NCBI RefSeq assembly: GCF_035084215.1
Contig: NC_090345.1
Location: forward strand, 34,038,001 to 34,102,000
DNA: 64,000 nucleotides
Source: Heptranchias perlo
Taxonomy: Eukaryota
Direction: 5' to 3'
Shown here: piece after piece, positions 1 through 11,769 of the stretch
How positions within the stretch are numbered: position 1 is the first letter of the stretch
How the letters are laid out: every line of letters starts with the position of its first letter
The notes under the pieces: model-generated
What the model saw: the letters and a program-made list of their open reading frames with translations, nothing else
The model's database searches: none
Told to the model about the DNA's origin: nothing
Translations under genes and position numbers: made by a program

Positions 1-317
1 TTGGCACAGCATTACTTCCTTTAAAATCTCATTGTTGAGAGGGAAAGCAGGTAGTGATAATCAGAGTCTTCACATCTACACTGACTGACCTGGGTGCTGC
101 CATTCAACCTCTCAAATTGGCTTCCAGCATTCCAATGCTGTTCACTCCTAATTTGCATTTTAGAATGCCTGTTCTAAAATGCAAATTAGGAGTGAACACT
201 CTCAGCTAGATAAAGTCACTTTAAGTGCGATCCTGGACTTCATGACAAGATATAAAATATAAAAGTAAGTGCTACTGCTATTATACAGAGTGCTGGTCAG
301 ACCTCATTTGGAATATT

Positions 318-915
318 GACCTCGATATTTGCGGGGAGGGAGCGGGGGTGCGTATGTCCGGCTGGGAACCCAGAAATACCGGGAAGGCAGAGGTCCTGTC
401 GAATTTAACTGCCAGGCAGGGAAGGCTGCCTGGCAGTACAAGGCCGCAGCAGGGGCTTGTTGGGGAGGGGGTGGGGGGCTCGAAGCACGGCAGGGAGTGA
501 GGGAGAGATCGCTGGGGCAGGGAGGGAAGAGAGAGAGATCATGGCAGAAGGTTTGCTTGGGGGGCCTGGGAAAGCACGCCTGCTCCTCCTGGCCCACAAG
601 CATTGCTGGAAAAGCACTTACCTGCTGGATCTGGCAGTACTGCCTCCCTTTAGCTGCTGGGTTTCCCAAGCCCTGGGAAGCACGGCCCGCAGCTGTTAAA
701 TTCAAATGGCTCCCAAAATCTGAGGACTTGAGCCTCATTTAAATATTATAATCACTGACCCGCCTTTCCAGAGCAGGTTACTCAGCTGCCCCCAAACCCC
801 CTGCGGTTAAACCGGAAATAGGCGCATTCGCGGTGGGTTGGGGTTGGGTTTCTTATTTTTACCAATTTAATCCCCCAGGCCCTCTCCAGTCTGTCGGGGG
901 GGTTAAAATTCCCCC
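318..915. mobile_element. Harbinger-type MITE inserted in an old CR1 fragment
   Basis: Ends GACCTCGATATT...TTAAAATTCCCCC; the interrupted CR1 reads gaat[ATT]..[ACT]gtgctcag, consistent with a 3-bp TSD; 645-815 is partly repeated at 1168-1350. Confidence 0.7.
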
Positions 916-1449
916 ACTGTGCTCAGTTTTGGTACCCTACTCTAGGTAGGATATACTGGTTTGGAGAAAATCCAGTGAGGGTTCATCAGGATAATACCTT
1001 GAGATGAAGGGATGTGGAAATGTTGAAACTGGATATGCTTGGGTATATTCCCTGGAGATGAAGAGGTTATAGGGTGATCTGATTGAAAAATAATTTTGAG
1101 AATTGACATGAAAGATAAGGGAACAATTTTTTCCTCCAATGCAGAAATCCAGAACGGAGACAGAAGCTTAAAATTTCAGCTTTAGCTGCCGGGTTTCCCG
1201 AGCCCTGGAAAGCATAGCCCGCAGCCGTTAAATTTAAATGGCTCCCAAAAGCGGAGGAACTGAGCCTCATTTAAATATTATAATCACCGACCCGCCTTTA
1301 CAGAGCAGGTTACTCGGATCCCCCAAATCCGTCGCAGTTAAACCGGACTTGGTTACAACTGAATTCAGGAAAGAAACTTCACATAACTAATTGAGAAAAT
1401 ATGAAACACCAAAGCCATAAAGGCGATAGACACCCCAGCCCTCCCATGC

Positions 1450-1790
1450 CTCTAATTATAATACTCATCCTCATACTTAATTCCTTTCATGGTTTCACCC
1501 TTCCTATCTCTGCAACTTCCTCCATCCCTACAACTCACCACTGAACCTTCCATTCCTCTGACTCTGGCCTCTTGTGCATCCCCCCTCCCTTCGCACCACT
1601 ATGGCATCTAGTGCCCATGCTCTGGACTTCCCTCCCTAAACCCACCTCTCCACCTCCCTCTCCTCCTTTAAGACCCTCCTTAAAACCCACCCCTCCAAAT
1701 ATCACTTTCTTGACTCACTGTCCAATTTTTTTTTCTTGTTGGTTCTGTAAAGTACCTTGGGATGTCGAAGGTGCTATATAAATGTTGATA
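1450..1790 (+). mobile_element. L2 3' end
   Basis: ctctggcctcttgtgcatccc...tttaagaccctccttaaaaccca...aaggtgctatataaatg. Confidence 0.7.
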
Positions 1791-2689
1791 GAGCAAGTTC
1801 AGGAGAGGAGGGAACATCCTTTTCCTTTTGGATTCCTTTAAATACCATTGAAGTATCCACCTGCGTTTGTGGGCGGGACCAAGTAGCATTATTGGGGTGG
1901 AAAGGTCAGGAAATCACGTGGTGTCTTAATGGCCCTGATTTACATATATTTATGAGGGTTCTGCCTGTTTCAGAGTGGAGTGTGTCAGAACTCCAGCCTC
2001 CCACCCCACCCCACCCCACCCCCGCCCAGAAAATTGGATGGTCCCAGAATATTGGGAGGTCCCGGAAACTGGTGCTAAGAGAGTGAAACCAAATCCCATT
2101 CCATTTTCTGACCACTATAAAGCCAGATGCTAACCAAAATCGCCCCTGTAATTCTAACAAATTCCTTATATTTCTTCCAGCTTCCACATGGCTCCTTAGC
2201 CCACGTTTTTCGACTCCTTTGGTGCATGCTGTGCAATCATGTGTTTCCATCCAAATTTCCACCTTTTTTTCCAATTATTATTCACCCGTGTGTTGTATAT
2301 TAAAAGATTATACCGTGAAATGGACAATGTTCCTGTCTTATAAAACAGCATATCCTCTGGCTCACTGGGAAAATCAACTAATGCTATTTAATATACTGTG
2401 TGTTTAGGACAATCAAATCCATACTTAGACAGACAAGGGGAAACAATATAATTTAGGAATTCTGAACAATTCAACACTAAGAAACTTGTATGCTCTCATA
2501 ATTTCTTGAAATATCCTGTTGGCACTTGCAGTCAACTTACAGGAACTCAACTATACTCAACCGACAATTTAAATGGCTGGGTGACTTAACATGTTGGAGC
2601 TCTAAAACATTGCTGCAGAATACAATTTCACAGCAGCAAGCTTTCATGTGAAGTGTTGCTAATGTCAACTATGCCAATTGGAGGCCAAG

Positions 2690-3290
2690 CATTTCTTCAC
2701 AGGAAGGAAGGAAAATTGCTGGTCAGTGTTGCACATCTTCAGTAGTCAGTTTAAATGAAGAGGTTGTAATGTTTGATGTGTAAGGCACTAGTCATATCCC
2801 ATCTGGAGTACTGGTTGTCGTTCTTGACATCTATTCATAGGAAGGATATTATTATTTTGAGGAAAGGTTAAGGACTTGTAGTCTTTGGAAAAGAGGAGAC
2901 TTTAACATGACCAAAATTATTGTTTTCAAGGTTATGAAGGGAATTGACAAAGGTGATAGATGGAAATCCTTTTCTGTGCTATAGCTAAAAGTTCAAATAC
3001 CAAGGAAAACAAGATTAAAAAATCATTAAGCTAGGAGTAAGAAGAGAAAGTAGATGGAACTTTCTCATGCACAGGTTAACAGGGTTACGGAAAATGGTAA
3101 CAGGGAAGTCCAATGAAGCAGAGTGTAAAAATGGGTTCAAGAGGCAATTTGGGTGCCTTTCTAGAGAACAGAAAGGATTGCAGTGCCTAGTAAGAAGGTG
3201 GTTGGTGGGTTTAATCTATCAAAAAGGGGCAAGGCTTATTGGACCAAATGGCCTTTCCTGTTCCTAAAAATTTCTACATTCAGTTAACAA
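2690..3290 (+). mobile_element. degenerate CR1 3' fragment
   Basis: catctggagtactgg...ataggaaggatatt...; 3' tail ggaccaaatggcctttcctgttcctaaa. Confidence 0.65.
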
Positions 3291-3389
3291 TGGGAGCATG
3301 GCTTCAATCCATCCTGTCAACAAGATGTTTAGCATGGGAAAACTAAAAATTAAAGACAACTATTTCTTCTAAATGGCATGTTAAGTTTT

Positions 3390-3578
3390 CTATATATCAT
3401 GAACCAAAGATGCTACATAGATCCACACTGATAATACATTGGTGGGGTATGGATGAATATATACTGCAACAGCAAACTCTGCATTGGGGATTTCTATATT
3501 ATGAATACCAGTACTGTAGACTTTATCAAATATTGTCTGCAAGTTTGAATAGCGCATCTGAATAGGAAATCCTGAAAC
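3390..3578 (-). CDS. CC2D2B: CC2D2B-like terminal coding exon (CEP76/CC2D2 C-terminal domain) with TAG stop
   Basis: ccacag|GTT; [10 protein letters not shown]...[29 protein letters not shown]; 'GFPIQM' favours paralogue B over A ('GFPLHM'). Confidence 0.94.
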   Translation of the reverse strand, partial: VSGFPIQMRYSNLQTIFDKVYSTGIHNIEIPNAEFAVAVYIHPYPTNVLSVWIYVASLVHDI

Positions 3579-3914
3579 CTGTGGAGGAGGTAAAAAAAAA
3601 AAATAAATTGCCACAGTAAATGTTTGAATTATGTGTTTCACAAATCAAAACATTTCTTCCAATTAATCAGAAAATTGATTAGGCAGAAATATGCCATATA
3701 TGGTGCATGATACATACTCCTTACTCTTAGTAACCATCAGCTGTAATTTTGCACAACATGGAGAGATAACTTATTGAGACCCAGTAATATTTTTTTCTAA
3801 ATTTTCATGCAGAAAAAAAATGCACACCTGTATTTTGTCAAATCAATATACAGTCTTGCCACACAACACAGTACTTACAGAAAACTACATTAGCATGCCG
3901 TGGTTGTAAATAAA

Positions 3915-4750
3915 ATACATAGAAGTTACAACATGCGAGCAAATAGTTGTAATGACATTTACCCACCCAGCTCTTAATATCCCTTCAACCCCTTTTCCTC
4001 CATTCACCTCTTCGATCTAATCTGGAATGTTGACATAGTTGTTGTCTCAACTACTAACCCGGAAGTGAATTCCACCTCCTCACAACTTTCTGTGTGAAGA
4101 TGTTTCTTCTGCCCTCAGTTCTAAATCTCTTACATTTAATCTTGTATCTATGCTCCTTGTTCTTGACCCCTTCACTACCGGAAACATTTGGCTTCTATCT
4201 CCCCTGTCCCAACCTTCCATAATTTTAAACACTTCTATTATATTGCCCCATAGCCTGCATTGTTCTAATGAAAAAAGACCCAATTTTTCAAGCCTTTCTA
4301 CATATTTCCTCTTTCCAGGCAGCATCCTAGTGAATCCACGTTGCAGCTTCTCTAAAGCCTCAATGTTCTTCCTATAGTACGGAGCCCGATACTGCACACA
4401 GTACTCTATCCGAGGTCTTTTATATAGGCTCGTCATTGGCTCTTGGCTTTTATATTCTATACTTCTTGAGATAAAACTTAGAACTCTATTAGCCTTTTTT
4501 TAACAGCCAAATCAGCCTTTAATGTTCTGTGAGCCTGTACCCCCAAGTCTCCCTGCTCTTTCACAGCACCAAGCCTATTTCCATTCAGAGTACAATTACA
4601 TTTGCTGTTACTTTTTTACCAAAAGTATAATCTCACACTGGCAGTGAATTCCATCCACCACTTTTTAACCCATTCCCTCATCTTATCGCTGTCCCTTTGC
4701 AGCATCCTTTGGTCTTCTAAAGAATTAACTGTACATACTATTTTAGTATT
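3915..4750 (-). mobile_element. CR1 3' fragment
   Basis: RPRIEYCVQYRAPYYRKNIEALEKLQRGFTRMLPG. Confidence 0.85.
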
Positions 4751-5339
4751 ACGTTGAAAACAATAAATTGTTTGGGGATTTAGATAATCTGGTCAGGGCT
4801 ATCAGGTTTCTGTATAACTGTTTAAGATAAATATCCTGTTAAATTTTGAAAGGTTTCTTTCTCCTCAATTACATTGTTGATTTACAATACCATTTTCATT
4901 GGAAGTACCTACCTTGTAATTTTGCAACTGTCATCTACGAATTTTGTTAAGATTCCTTATTCTTTGCAAAAAAAATTGATCTTCAAATGAAAATATGGTA
5001 TTGCTATCATTCCATAAGGGAAGGATATTGTAATTTTAGGAAAATGATTCTTGCACAGTCAGATGACCACCCCTTTGTATATTAGGGGTTATTCTAGACT
5101 GTCTTTAGGACTGAAGGAGGCAATATTGAGGTCCGAAGTAGCGGCGTAAACACTTGAACACAACATTTGTTGTAAGCATTTAACGCCTACATGTGAACAT
5201 GATTATACCAAATTAGGGCAGAAATTAGTGTTTGAGCTCTTGAAGCCTTACATCTTTGCGCTGGCTTGAAACATAGCACTTAAAAAGCCCTTGCTCACTT
5301 AAGTTATCAACTGACCTCTGGGGCCTGGGTTAAATCCAA

Positions 5340-5736
5340 AGAAAGAAAGACTTGCATTTATATAGCGCCTTTCACAACCTCTGGACGTCCTAAAGCGCTT
5401 TACAGCCAATGAAGTACTTTTGACTTGTAGTCACTGTTGTAATGTAGGAAACACAGCAGCCAATTTGCACACGAGGTCCCACAAACAGCAATGTGATAAT
5501 CATCAGATAATCTGTTTTTATTTAGGTGTTGGTTGAGGGATAAATATCAGCCAGAACACCAGGGAGAACTCCCTTGCTCATCTTCAAAACAGTGCCATGG
5601 GATCTTTTATGTACACAACATATGGGACGTACACAGCAGATGGGTCTTTGGTTTAACGTCTCATCCGAAATTCAGCACTCCCTCAGTACTGCACTGGAGT
5701 GTCAGCCTAGATTTTGTGCTCAAGACCTGAACCCAC

Positions 5737-5767
<31 letters not shown>

Positions 5768-5785
5768 AATTGAGCCACAGCTGAC
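5340..5785 (-). mobile_element. tRNA-derived Deu-domain SINE (SacSINE1/AmnSINE1-like) with L2-type tail
   Basis: Head gtcagctgtggctcaattggtagcac...gggttcag; core cagtgcagtactgagggagtgctg...ggatgagacgttaaacc; tail aaggcgctatataaatgcaagtctttc. Confidence 0.8.
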
Positions 5786-8700
5786 CCTTGTCCACCACAG
5801 AACTTTGGGCTAAAAATCTGTTGGCCTAGAACCACAGCACAATGCTTCCCAAAATTTGGCATGAATTAACACTCGCATTCAGAGAGGTTGCAGGATGATT
5901 AGTAATGGAAAAATGCCACACTGGCGGGGGTGTTTGCTAGTGCTGTTGGGGAAGGTTTAAACTAGAGTGGCAGGGGGATGGGAACCTGAGCGGGGAGTCA
6001 GAAGGGAGTAAAGTTGAGAGCAGCAAGAGAGGGGAAGACCCAGGGGAAATTTACAATACAAATAGTACAAACAGTTGATCAAGAACAAGTAGAGCAGCAG
6101 AACGAAAGTGTACTTTAGACACTACAGATAAAGTGAAAACTAGAAGGTGTAAGGCGATTAACCCAGCATCAAAGCTGAAGGTCAGGCTAGGGTGTGTGGC
6201 CCAACTAAGAGTTCTATATACAAATGCATGGAGTATAAGGAATAAATTAAATGAACTACAGGTTCAAATTCAAATTGGAGGGTATGACATGATAGCTATT
6301 ACTGAGACATGGCTGCAGGATGGTCAGGATTGGGAACTAAATATACCGGGTTATAAGGTCTACAGGAGAGATAGGGAAAATGGAAGAGGGGGAGGAGTAG
6401 CCTTAATGATTAGAGATGAAATCACTTCAATGATAAAGGAGGATATAACAAGAGGTAAGCAGCCAAGAGACCTTATGGGTTGAACTGAGAAATAGGAAAG
6501 GATCTAAGACTACAGTGGGAATTGTGTATAGGACCCCTGGCAGCAGCTCTGAAGTGCTAGATTGTATAAATGCAGAGATTAGACAAGCGTGTAAGAAAGG
6601 CATAGTGGTCTTAATGGGGGACTTTAACCTTCACATAGATTGGGAAAAGCAGACTAGCAACTGTCAGAAAGGTGGTGAATTTCTTGAGTGTGTCCGGGAT
6701 AGTTTTCTACAGCAGTATGTCCTAGAGGCAAGAAGGGGGCAAGCTGTACAAGATTTAGTAATGAGTAATGAACCAGATTTAGTTAACGGCTTAACTGTAC
6801 GCGAATATCTATCCAATAGCGATCATAACATGATCGAGTTCAATGTAGTGTTTGAAAGGGAAAAAAGTGAGTCAGCTGCTAAGATTCTAGACTTGGGTAA
6901 GGCCGACTTCAATGGGATGAGACAGAGACTGTCCACAGTAAACTGGGCAAATCTGTTAATGGGTAAAACAACTGATGATCAGTGGGAAATGTTTAAAGAC
7001 ACATTTAACGTGATACAGAATCGGTTTATACCCCTGAGGGGCAAGAACTCTACTTGCCAAAAAAAACAGCCATGGACAACTAAAGAGGTAAGGGACAGTA
7101 TAAGACATAAGGAAAGGGCATACAAAAAGGCAAAAAATGGCACAGATCCTGGCGAATGGGAAAGAAACAAAGATCGACAAAGGGTCACAAAACAGATTGT
7201 AAGAGCTCCAAAAAGAGAGTATGAAAAGAAACTTGCAAGGGATATCAAAATCAATACGAAGAACTTTTATAGTTACATTAGGAAAAAGAGGGTGGTCAGG
7301 AGCAGTGTTGGCCCCTTAAAAACTGAAAGTGGGGATATTGTCATTGACAATGGGGAAATGGCGGACATGTTGAACGATTACTTTGCGTCAGTATTTACAG
7401 TAGAAAAAGAGGATAGCATGTCGGAAATCCCAAGAAAACTAATATTGAATCGGGGACAGGGACTCGATAAAATTAACATAAGTAAAGTAACAGTAATGAA
7501 GAAAATAATAGCACTAAAGAGTGACAAATCCCCAGGACCAGATGGTTTCCATCCCAGGGTTTTAAAGGAAGTAGGTGAGCACATTGCAGATGCCCTAACT
7601 ATAATCTTTCAAAGTTCTCTAGATTCAAGAACTGTCCTTCTACATTGGAAAATTGCACATGTCACTCCGCTTTTTAAGAAAGGAGAAAGAGGGAAACCAG
7701 GGAATTATAGACCAGTTAGCCGAACATCTGTTGTGGGGAAAATGCTGGAGTCTATAATTAAGGATAGGGTGACTGAACACCTCGAGAATTTTCAGTTAAT
7801 CAGAGAGAGCCAGCATGGATTTGTGAAAGGTAGGTCGTGCCTGACAAACCTGATTGAATTTTTTGAAGAGGTGACTAAAAGTAGTGGACAGGGGAATGTC
7901 AATGGATGTTATTTATATGGACTTCCAGAAGGCATTTAATAAGGTCCCACATAAGAGACTGTCAGCTAAGATAGAAGCCCATGGAATCGAGGGAAAAGTA
8001 CGGACTAGGTTAGGAAGTTGGCTGAGCGAAAGGCGATGGAAAGTAGGGATAATGGGTAGGTACTCACATTGGCAGGATGTGACTAGTGGAATCACGCAGG
8101 GATCTGTCTTGGGGCCTCAATTATTCACAATATTTATTAACGACTTAGATGAAGGCAGTGAAAGTCTCATATCTAAGTTTGCCGATGACACAAAGATTGG
8201 TGGCATTGTAAGCAGTGTAGATGAAAACATAAAATTACAAAGGGATATTGATACATTCGGTGAATGGGCAAAACTGTGGCAAATGGAATTCAATGTAGAC
8301 GAATGTGAGGTCATCCACTTTGGATCAAAAAAGGATAGAACAGGGTACTTTCTAAATGGTAAAAAGTTAAAAACAGTGGATGTCCAAACGGACCTCAGGG
8401 TTCAGGTACATAGATCATTGAAGTGTCATGAACAGGTGCAGAAAATAAGCAATCAGGCAAATGGAATGCTGGCCTTTATATCAAGAGGACTAGAGTACAA
8501 GGGGGCAGAAGTTATGCTGCAGCTATACAAAACCCTGGTTAGACCGCACTTGGAGGACTGTGAGCAGTTCTGGGCACCGCACCTTCGGAAGGACATATTG
8601 GTCTTGGAGGGAGTGCAGTGTAGGTTTACTAGAATGATACCCGGACTTCAAGGGTTAAGTTACGAGGAGAGATTACACAAATTGGGGTTGTATTCTCTGG

Positions 8701-9062
8701 AGTTTTGAAGGTTAAGGGGTGATCTGATCGAAGTTTATAAGATATTAAGGGGAACGGATAGGGTGGATGGAGAGAAACTATTTCCGCTGGTTGGGGATTC
8801 TTGGGGCCCGATATTAACATGGCGGCGGGTTTGCGGCGGGGGTCGATCGGGCGTGTGGGTAACGCGCCTGGTGAAATCAGTCTGCTTCGCGCGCAATCGC
8901 AGGCTGATTGGATCCACTTACCCGTTGTTCTGGGTTCCCTGCTGCTAAGCTGCGCGGCAGGCGGACTGCGCATGCGCAGTAAGGTCTGTCAGCTGGAGGA
9001 GCTCTATTTAACGGGGCAGTCCTCCACTGACTAATGCTGCAAGAAATAGGAAAAATTACAGC

Positions 9063-9307
9063 ATGGAGCAGTCCAGGGGGAAGGCTGGTCCCAGGTTAAT
9101 GATGCCTCACTCCAGCTCTTATTGGATGGGGTGAGGAGAAGGGGGAGGACAGAGATCTTCCCCCTGGTGGGCGGGAGGAAGCGGCCTGCCTCTGCCACCA
9201 AGAAGGCCTGGCTCGAGGTGGCAGAGGAGGTCACCTGCACCACCAACATATCGCGCACCTGCATACAGTGCAGGAGGCGCTGCAGTGACCTAAGTAGGTC
9301 AGTCAAA
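9063..9307 (+). pseudogene. Harbinger Myb/SANT-like DNA-binding gene, exon 1 remnant
   Basis: ...KKAWLEVAEEVTCTTNISRTCIQCRRRCSDL (NAIF1/MSANTD-type motif W..VA..V......RT..QC..R..DL), ending at a gtgagt donor; frameshifted. Confidence 0.8.
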
Positions 9308-9800
9308 GTGAGTACACTTACTCATTCCCCTACACTCCGTCTGCCACATCACCGCCCCCACCCCACATCTCCTTCTGCACAGCCAACACTACTCTGTCAC
9401 ATCACTCCTCACACCCACTCAAACGTCATCCTCATCTTACCTGCACTTACTCACCTCACCAGTACTCATCCCGCCACTACCACTCAACCCAATCCTCATA
9501 TAATCTCATGGCTCTATCTCATACACACCTTCTGATGCATCTCTTTCACAGTCAGCCTCACTTAACCTGCCACTACCTGTGCTGCAACCACAGGGCATGC
9601 ATCACATGTGCAGTACGAAGCGTAAGGCAAACGTGTCGTGAGCATGAAGGGGATGCACAAGGGTGTTTGAGGGTTTGTCATGGTTTTTACTTGTATTTAA
9701 TTTCTGATCAACTCACATTACATATTATATTGGCACCACTACTGCCACATCTTTGTGAATCTTGTCTGGTTTGTGCAATAATGTCCTTTCATGAGGATCA

Positions 9801-10310
9801 CTATGATGACCCACAACTGATGACACCCATTGTGTCACTGCAGAGTGGTGTAGGTGTATTTGCAGGGCTCTTTTGTGCAGACGACTGAGAGACGTCGGCG
9901 ATATCTTCAGTGGCACCCTGGAAGGATGCGGAGGAGAAGTTGTTGAGGGCAGTGGTGACTTTGACAGCGACAGGTAAGAAGATGGTGCTCGGGCCAGCCG
10001 GGAGCAACTCGGCATGAAGGAGGCTGCAGATGTCCATGACTACATGTCGAGTGACTCTGAGCCTCCGTGTGCACTGCTGCTCAGAGAGGTCCAGGAAGCT
10101 GAGCCTCGGTCTGTGGACCCTGTGGCGAGGGTAGTGCCCTCTGCGATGCACCTCTCTCTGCAGTTGCCCTCACTCCCGCTGTGCAAGTGCATGTGTCACA
10201 GCACTGTGTTGTGGAGCTCCACTTTTCAGAGGTGGACAGCGTGGCCGGCGAGGCTGGTGATGCTGTTCGCCCTCCGAGAAGGTCATGACTGCTGCTACGG
10301 CAGCCCCCAT
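9801..10310 (-). pseudogene. Harbinger (HARBI1-like) transposase N-terminal remnant
   Basis: RPRLSFLDLSEQQCTRRLRVTR...LPVAVKVTTALNNFSSASFQ; truncated before the DDE core. Confidence 0.85.
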
Positions 10311-11458
10311 CTGGAAGGTGAACATCTGAGGGGGTCCACAAGGTAGGTACATGTGTCTGGACACTGGGGTAAGTGTGCAAGTTTGTGAATTTTATTGTTA
10401 TGAGGAAGGTGGTGGAGGCCAAACTTTGTCCAAAGTGACAGAGTGGCCTCCTGCAATGAGTGAGGGTCTCCCCCCCCCCCCCACCTGTCAAATGGACCTT
10501 TGCCGCTGCCACAGGCTGATGGCTGCAACACGTCCATTTGAACTGGGAGTGTTTCCCCCAGTATGGGAAACAGTCCCAGTTGTTTGAAAATCCCACCCCT
10601 CCTAAAATATCATGTTAATCAGGTCTCTAAACGACCTGAAATACCTAAATAAATACCTTAAGTGGCACCCCGCCGGCAATTAAAGCCGGCGGGAGTCCCA
10701 CCTGCGGGGGCTGCGCGCGCATGTCAGCGCGTCTGTGGGGAACCCGGAAATGGGGCGGGTTGGAGCCGGGCTCCCGCCCCGCTCCGGGAATCCCCGATTT
10801 TCGTAGCCCCCCCGCCAGAAACGCACCCGATCGCGGGTGCTAAAATCGAGCCCTGGAGTAAGGGGCACAGTCTAAAAATTAGAGCCAGACCTTTCAGGAG
10901 CGAGATTAGAAAACGTTTCTACACACAAAGGCTGGCTGAAGTTTGGAACTCTCTTCCGCAAACGGCAATTGATACTAGCTCAATTGCTAAATTTAAATGT
11001 GAGATTGATAACTTTTTTGGCAACCAAAGATATTAAGGGATATGGGCCAAAGGCGGGTATATGGAGTTAGATCACAGATCAGCCATGATCTTATCAAATG
11101 GTGGAGCTGGCACGAGGGGCTGAATGGCCTACTCCTGTTCCTATGTTCCTATGGTGCAGTATGGGGTGCTGTTAGTCTGGGACTTTGATATATTGAAGGG
11201 GCAGAACAGAGAGGTTTAATTTTGCGTACAATCATGCTGATACTGGGTAGCCAAAATAGAAAACAATTTCATTTCTAATGTTAAAATTCTTCAGCTTAAT
11301 AAGCATAAAATTCAAATTCACTGCCAAAAAATAATTTTACCTACAATTAATTTTCTAGGTTTTAGTATATATTTACTGTATTATATGTTTTGACAAGTCA
11401 ATTATAAGAATAAGCTTAATTGAAAACAAAAAGCATGTTCTAAAGGGGCAACACAAAC

Positions 11459-11636
11459 CTTGAACTCTTTTAATAAACTCTCTAATCCTGTGCTCTGCTC
11501 TTCACTTACTGAGCGACCGAGGTTTTGTTCTAGTAGAGGAAGAAAATTTTGAAACACTCCAGTACAGTAACGGTTCCATCGAGTGGGGCGTTGAGCTCTC
11601 CATTCCATAATTTTGTTCTTCAGTGCCCATTCAATT
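11459..11636 (-). CDS. CC2D2B: CC2D2B-like penultimate coding exon
   Basis: acttag|A...TTCAAG|gtttgt; 178 nt, phase 2-0; IEWALKNKIMEWRAQRPTRWNRYCT...LLKEFK. Confidence 0.94.
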
Positions 11637-11769
11637 CTAAGTCATAATAAATAAACAGAGAATAAAGTACACAACCAAACACTTTTTGAAAGCAGCAACC
11701 AGAAAGATTTACTATTTTAACTTAATTAATATGACTGTTTTTGTGAGAAACAACCAACAAGACAAATCA

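Larger units (their letters stand above)
8804..10853. mobile_element. PIF/Harbinger DNA transposon, internally deleted, with convergent Myb/SANT-like (+) and transposase (-) remnants
   Basis: TIRs GGGCCCGATATTAACA / revcomp GGGCTCGATTTTAGCA; the host CR1 resumes right after 10853; GC-rich subterminal regions. Confidence 0.9.
5925..11152 (+). mobile_element. CR1 LINE ('family A'): ORF1 3' end plus near-complete frameshifted ORF2 (APE-RT), split by a Harbinger insertion at 8804-10853
   Basis: ORF1 end AGVFASAVGEGLN*; VLYTNAWSI, AITETWL, MGDFN, SDHN, PGPDGFHP, DFQKAF, QGSVLGP, KFADD; 3' tail ending ctcctgttcctatgttcctatg. Confidence 0.95.

Noticed and set aside
304-742. Overlapping 137-144 aa ORFs, and similar ORFs at 16118-16813, 26862-27322 and 34817-35284
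   Set aside because: They fall in GC-rich MITEs where stops are rare, with no recognisable domains or splice context.
1800-3389. Poly(A) site of the host gene
   Set aside because: Only ATTAAA-type candidates were seen on the minus strand (~2387, ~3210) and neither can be chosen without transcript data.
6515-8708. Active CR1 ORF2
   Set aside because: Frameshifts near 6465, 7880 and 8705, most of ORF1 is missing, and a 2-kb transposon interrupts it.
9801-10310. Domesticated HARBI1 or NAIF1 host genes (also 23920-24753 and 30158-33282)
   Set aside because: All are frameshifted or truncated, lie between TIRs and occur as several diverged copies, so they are transposon remnants.
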